64,000 bases of DNA from a virus (taxonomy: Duplodnaviria > Heunggongvirae > Uroviricota > Caudoviricetes): IMG/VR virus record IMGVR_UViG_3300030037_000008, positions 47,072-111,071 of that record. One strand, 5' to 3'. Both the position numbers and the translations under genes were made by a program. The notes beneath the pieces are model-generated. The model had not been told where the DNA came from and did not search any database. It saw only the letters and a list, made by a program, of their open reading frames with translations. Numbering within the stretch: position 1 is the first letter of the stretch; every line of letters starts with the position of its first letter. Shown here in pieces: positions 62,082-64,000 of this stretch.

Positions 62082-62425
62082 TAGAAAAACACCGATTTAG
62101 TACGAGTTAGTTTAAACCATGTTCGATCTTCGATAGGACCAGTTTTTGTATTGTCAAGAATATACAAGGTGCGATTATCAAAATCAGAACGTGAACGGAA
62201 TACATCTATAGTATCATCAACAATAAAGTATACTTCATCATCACCATGTTCAGGTGCTAGATAGACACTGTAATCAACAAGACCACCAAGACCACCAATC
62301 ATACGCTGACCATCTACGTAAATAGTTTCAGCTCCTTCAAACCAGAGTTTAAGTTGTCTGCGATTTTGTTTAACGAATGTTGATTTGGGTGGGGCGGTTC
62401 GTATATGTGGTCGAGGTTTACTCAT
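62081..62425 (-). CDS. hypothetical protein (114 aa)
   Basis: ORF with the promoter cassette at 62457-62485 upstream and RBS AATGGAAACGCTAAT-ATG. Confidence 0.45.
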   Translation of the reverse strand: MSKPRPHIRTAPPKSTFVKQNRRQLKLWFEGAETIYVDGQRMIGGLGGLVDYSVYLAPEHGDDEVYFIVDDTIDVFRSRSDFDNRTLYILDNTKTGPIEDRTWFKLTRTKSVFF

Positions 62426-62456
62426 ATTAGCGTTTCCATTTATTAATTGTTATTAG

Positions 62457-62485
62457 ATAATAAACCATCTAAAAGAAATGTACAA
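62457..62485 (-). promoter_or_regulatory. early promoter cassette AAAGTGATTGTACA-N17-TATTAT
   Basis: Reverse complement of gtacaa (62480-62485) and ataata (62457-62462). Confidence 0.45.
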
Positions 62486-62497
62486 TCACTTTATGAA

Positions 62498-62824
62498 CTA
62501 AATAGCAATTCCAAAGCTAAAAACTATCCTATTTCCTTTAATCACTTCTGTCACTTCATGGCGCTCTTTGTCTGGTCTGAATATGTATATACGATTAAAC
62601 AGACTAAGTATATTTCTAGTACATACAAAGTCACCACCTTCTTTAGCAGGCTTAATTATTATGTTACATCTGAAATGAGATTTATTTGATACTTCATCTA
62701 CATGTGGAGATATAGAAGAACCTTCTTTGAATTTAATTAGGTATGCATCAAAGAACCAGAAATATACTAAGCACAGTTTAGAATATCCTGATTCTTGTCT
62801 TCCTTTGATCCATTTGAACATCAC
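62498..62824 (-). CDS. possible small 2OG-Fe(II) oxygenase-fold protein
   Basis: HxD...H arrangement: SPHVDE ... KERHEVTEV, then RIVFSF. 108 aa. Weak. Confidence 0.3.
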   Translation of the reverse strand: MMFKWIKGRQESGYSKLCLVYFWFFDAYLIKFKEGSSISPHVDEVSNKSHFRCNIIIKPAKEGGDFVCTRNILSLFNRIYIFRPDKERHEVTEVIKGNRIVFSFGIAI

Positions 62825-63258
62825 GTGGAATGGAATCTTAAAAGTAAACCAAAGTCATCAGTTGTTTTATAAATCTTATCTGGTTCTAATGGAGCTAATA
62901 TAAGATCGCATACATTAACTAATTCACAATCACCGTATAGTAATATAACAGAAAGCCATGTCTCTAATACTTCATATGAACCGAATCTAATTGTTCTGCA
63001 TTCATGAACACTTGATGACATATATGCGTTGTTTGCACTAAAGCATCGTATTACTGAATTAGGATCATGTGGAATTCTATTAGCTTCAAGCAAAGGGCAT
63101 ATTTTATCAAGTACAGCATGGAGTATTGTAGGTAGACTTAAACTTTTAAGTTCATCTGACAATGTATGTTCAAAGCTATAGTAAGTTTTTAAATATTTCT
63201 TAAATGAATGTTCTTTAAACTTTTCCGCGTGTCCTTCTTTATAAATAGTTGCCAACAT
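62821..63258 (-). CDS. hypothetical protein (145 aa)
   Basis: ORF only. Confidence 0.4.
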   Translation of the reverse strand: MLATIYKEGHAEKFKEHSFKKYLKTYYSFEHTLSDELKSLSLPTILHAVLDKICPLLEANRIPHDPNSVIRCFSANNAYMSSSVHECRTIRFGSYEVLETWLSVILLYGDCELVNVCDLILAPLEPDKIYKTTDDFGLLLRFHST

Positions 63259-63674
63259 TAGTAATATACCAGTTCGTAGGTTAAGTCTTCTGGCTTGCTA
63301 TAAAATTCATAGCCAACTATTGGATGTATTCCTATATGAGAAATTCTATGAATATCAGAACAGTCTCCACCATACATAGAATAAGTAGTAAAAAATAGTA
63401 GAAGTTCATCGGAAGTTTTAAACTTTTTCCATTTCTTTTCTAGTATCAAATATTCATCAGTGCCTGGTACTATATGTTTAATTACACTTAATGTTGCTTT
63501 ACTATGTATAGCTTCTAACGTAAATAACATCGGCTTAATAGCTACAAACGTCTTGTCCATAAATTTAAACAGTGCTTTTTCTGACATCATATCACGCAAA
63601 TTTGTACTATTTAAAAAGCGCCTAAAGCTAGAATATGTAGAGTTATAAAAGTCGCTTATATCAGGATGCCTCAC
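63258..63674 (-). CDS. hypothetical protein (138 aa)
   Basis: ORF only. Confidence 0.4.
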   Translation of the reverse strand: MRHPDISDFYNSTYSSFRRFLNSTNLRDMMSEKALFKFMDKTFVAIKPMLFTLEAIHSKATLSVIKHIVPGTDEYLILEKKWKKFKTSDELLLFFTTYSMYGGDCSDIHRISHIGIHPIVGYEFYSKPEDLTYELVYY

Positions 63675-63877
63675 GGGTAATCTGAATTGTCAGTATCACG
63701 ATCAATCTCTTTACCTACAATAATAAGTCTTGCTATACAATAAGTCATGTTCATACCAATGATAATTACAACGGCAATCATCAGTTGAACTAATAATTCT
63801 TGCTTAGTGAACCAATTTAAATATTCCATCATTTTTTTACCTCTTCTCTTAATCGTTTTAATTCGCAACCTGAGCAC
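63671..63877 (-). CDS. small membrane protein (TM helix LLVQLMIAVVIIIGMNMTYCIARLIIV). Start probably the internal ATGATG at about 63832
   Basis: ORF; hydrophobic core. Confidence 0.35.
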   Translation of the reverse strand: MLRLRIKTIKRRGKKMMEYLNWFTKQELLVQLMIAVVIIIGMNMTYCIARLIIVGKEIDRDTDNSDYP

Positions 63878-63930
63878 TCGGTAATTCTACCGTCACCAGT
63901 CAAAGCACCACAAGTTCTACATGGTGTCAT
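63829..63930 (-). CDS. tiny zinc-ribbon ORF (~33 aa) not in the track
   Basis: MTPCRTCGALTGDGRITECSGCELKRLREEVKK. GGAG lies 9 nt upstream of ATG. Stop TGA overlaps the ATGATG start of the next gene. Coordinates approximate. Confidence 0.3.
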   Translation of the reverse strand: MTPCRTCGALTGDGRITECSGCELKRLREEVKK

Positions 63931-64000
63931 TATGCCATTCTCCATTTATTTTATAGTCTTCTTCTTTATAGATCATGAGCGATGTTCCTTGTCCGCAGAT

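Noticed and set aside
1143-63648. About 55 short ORFs (60-170 aa) on the strand opposite to, and nested inside, long well-supported genes. Examples: 1143..1433, 2889..3086, 5413..5631, 5546..5728, 11180..11365, 13290..13514, 18304..18492, 19165..19392, 19248..19484, 19837..20019, 19986..20204, 22045..22365, 22408..22677, 23621..23836, 23652..23924, 24564..24827, 24784..25047, 26265..26561, 27397..27633, 28144..28338, 28432..28689, 29828..30334, 30419..30622, 30623..30808, 32356..32571, 32932..33258, 33260..33502, 35376..35696, 36858..37049, 40621..40821, 41337..41534, 43079..43288, 44285..44491, 46539..46766, 47050..47301, 47103..47405, 48443..48640, 48894..49133, 49522..49860, 50803..51006, 51489..51671, 52313..52513, 54572..54802, 55063..55251, 56271..56573, 56467..56754, 57346..57639, 61516..61776, 62447..62689, 63460..63648.
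   Set aside because: They lie antisense within genes that have motif-level support or clear operon structure. They have low-complexity or hydrophobic translations typical of AT-rich antisense frames, and lack RBS or promoter context. Treated as spurious.
1-64000. CRISPR arrays, rRNA genes, integrase or transposase genes
   Set aside because: No regularly spaced direct repeats, no rRNA-like conserved segments and no recombinase or transposase motifs were seen. The mobile-like features present are the intein and promoter-cassette duplications only.

Overview
AT-rich 64 kb segment of a large virulent T4-like (T-even-type) phage genome. About 110 tightly packed, frequently overlapping genes, roughly 90% on the minus strand, plus one plus-strand island (41186-44779) and a plus-strand block at the left end (1-3723). 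Recognisable from sequence: dihydrofolate reductase (frd) next to a ThyX-like thymidylate synthase; a stand-alone NAD-dependent DNA-ligase C-terminal module; a RecA-like UvsX recombinase interrupted by a ~272-aa intein in its P-loop; a fused topoisomerase II ATPase/Toprim subunit (gp39/60-like); a DNA C5-cytosine methyltransferase; a MazG-like NTP pyrophosphatase; a GNAT acetyltransferase; a nicotinamide phosphoribosyltransferase (NadV); and clear homologues of the T4 alpha- and beta-glucosyltransferases. The two glucosyltransferase genes sit directly beside a fused sugar-1-phosphate nucleotidyltransferase/anomeric kinase, a HAD phosphatase and a possible sugar-phosphate isomerase, which looks like a phage-encoded sugar-activation route feeding DNA hypermodification. 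A second accessory block encodes an ionotropic-glutamate-receptor-like (GluR0-type) K+-channel protein with an SPFH lipoprotein, a PspA/IM30 homologue and small membrane proteins. The window is also dominated by two unusual paralogous protein sets: a WFDP/WWD tandem-repeat family (11 members) and more than 30 small proteins that all end in a conserved C-terminal [LM]-Y-x motif. A reiterated early-promoter cassette (TAAAGTGATTGTACA-N17-TAtnnT) precedes many gene blocks. No rRNA, tRNA or CRISPR arrays were detected. Coordinates derived by hand-indexing may be off by 1-2 nt; CDS coordinates follow the supplied ORF track except where a better start was supported.
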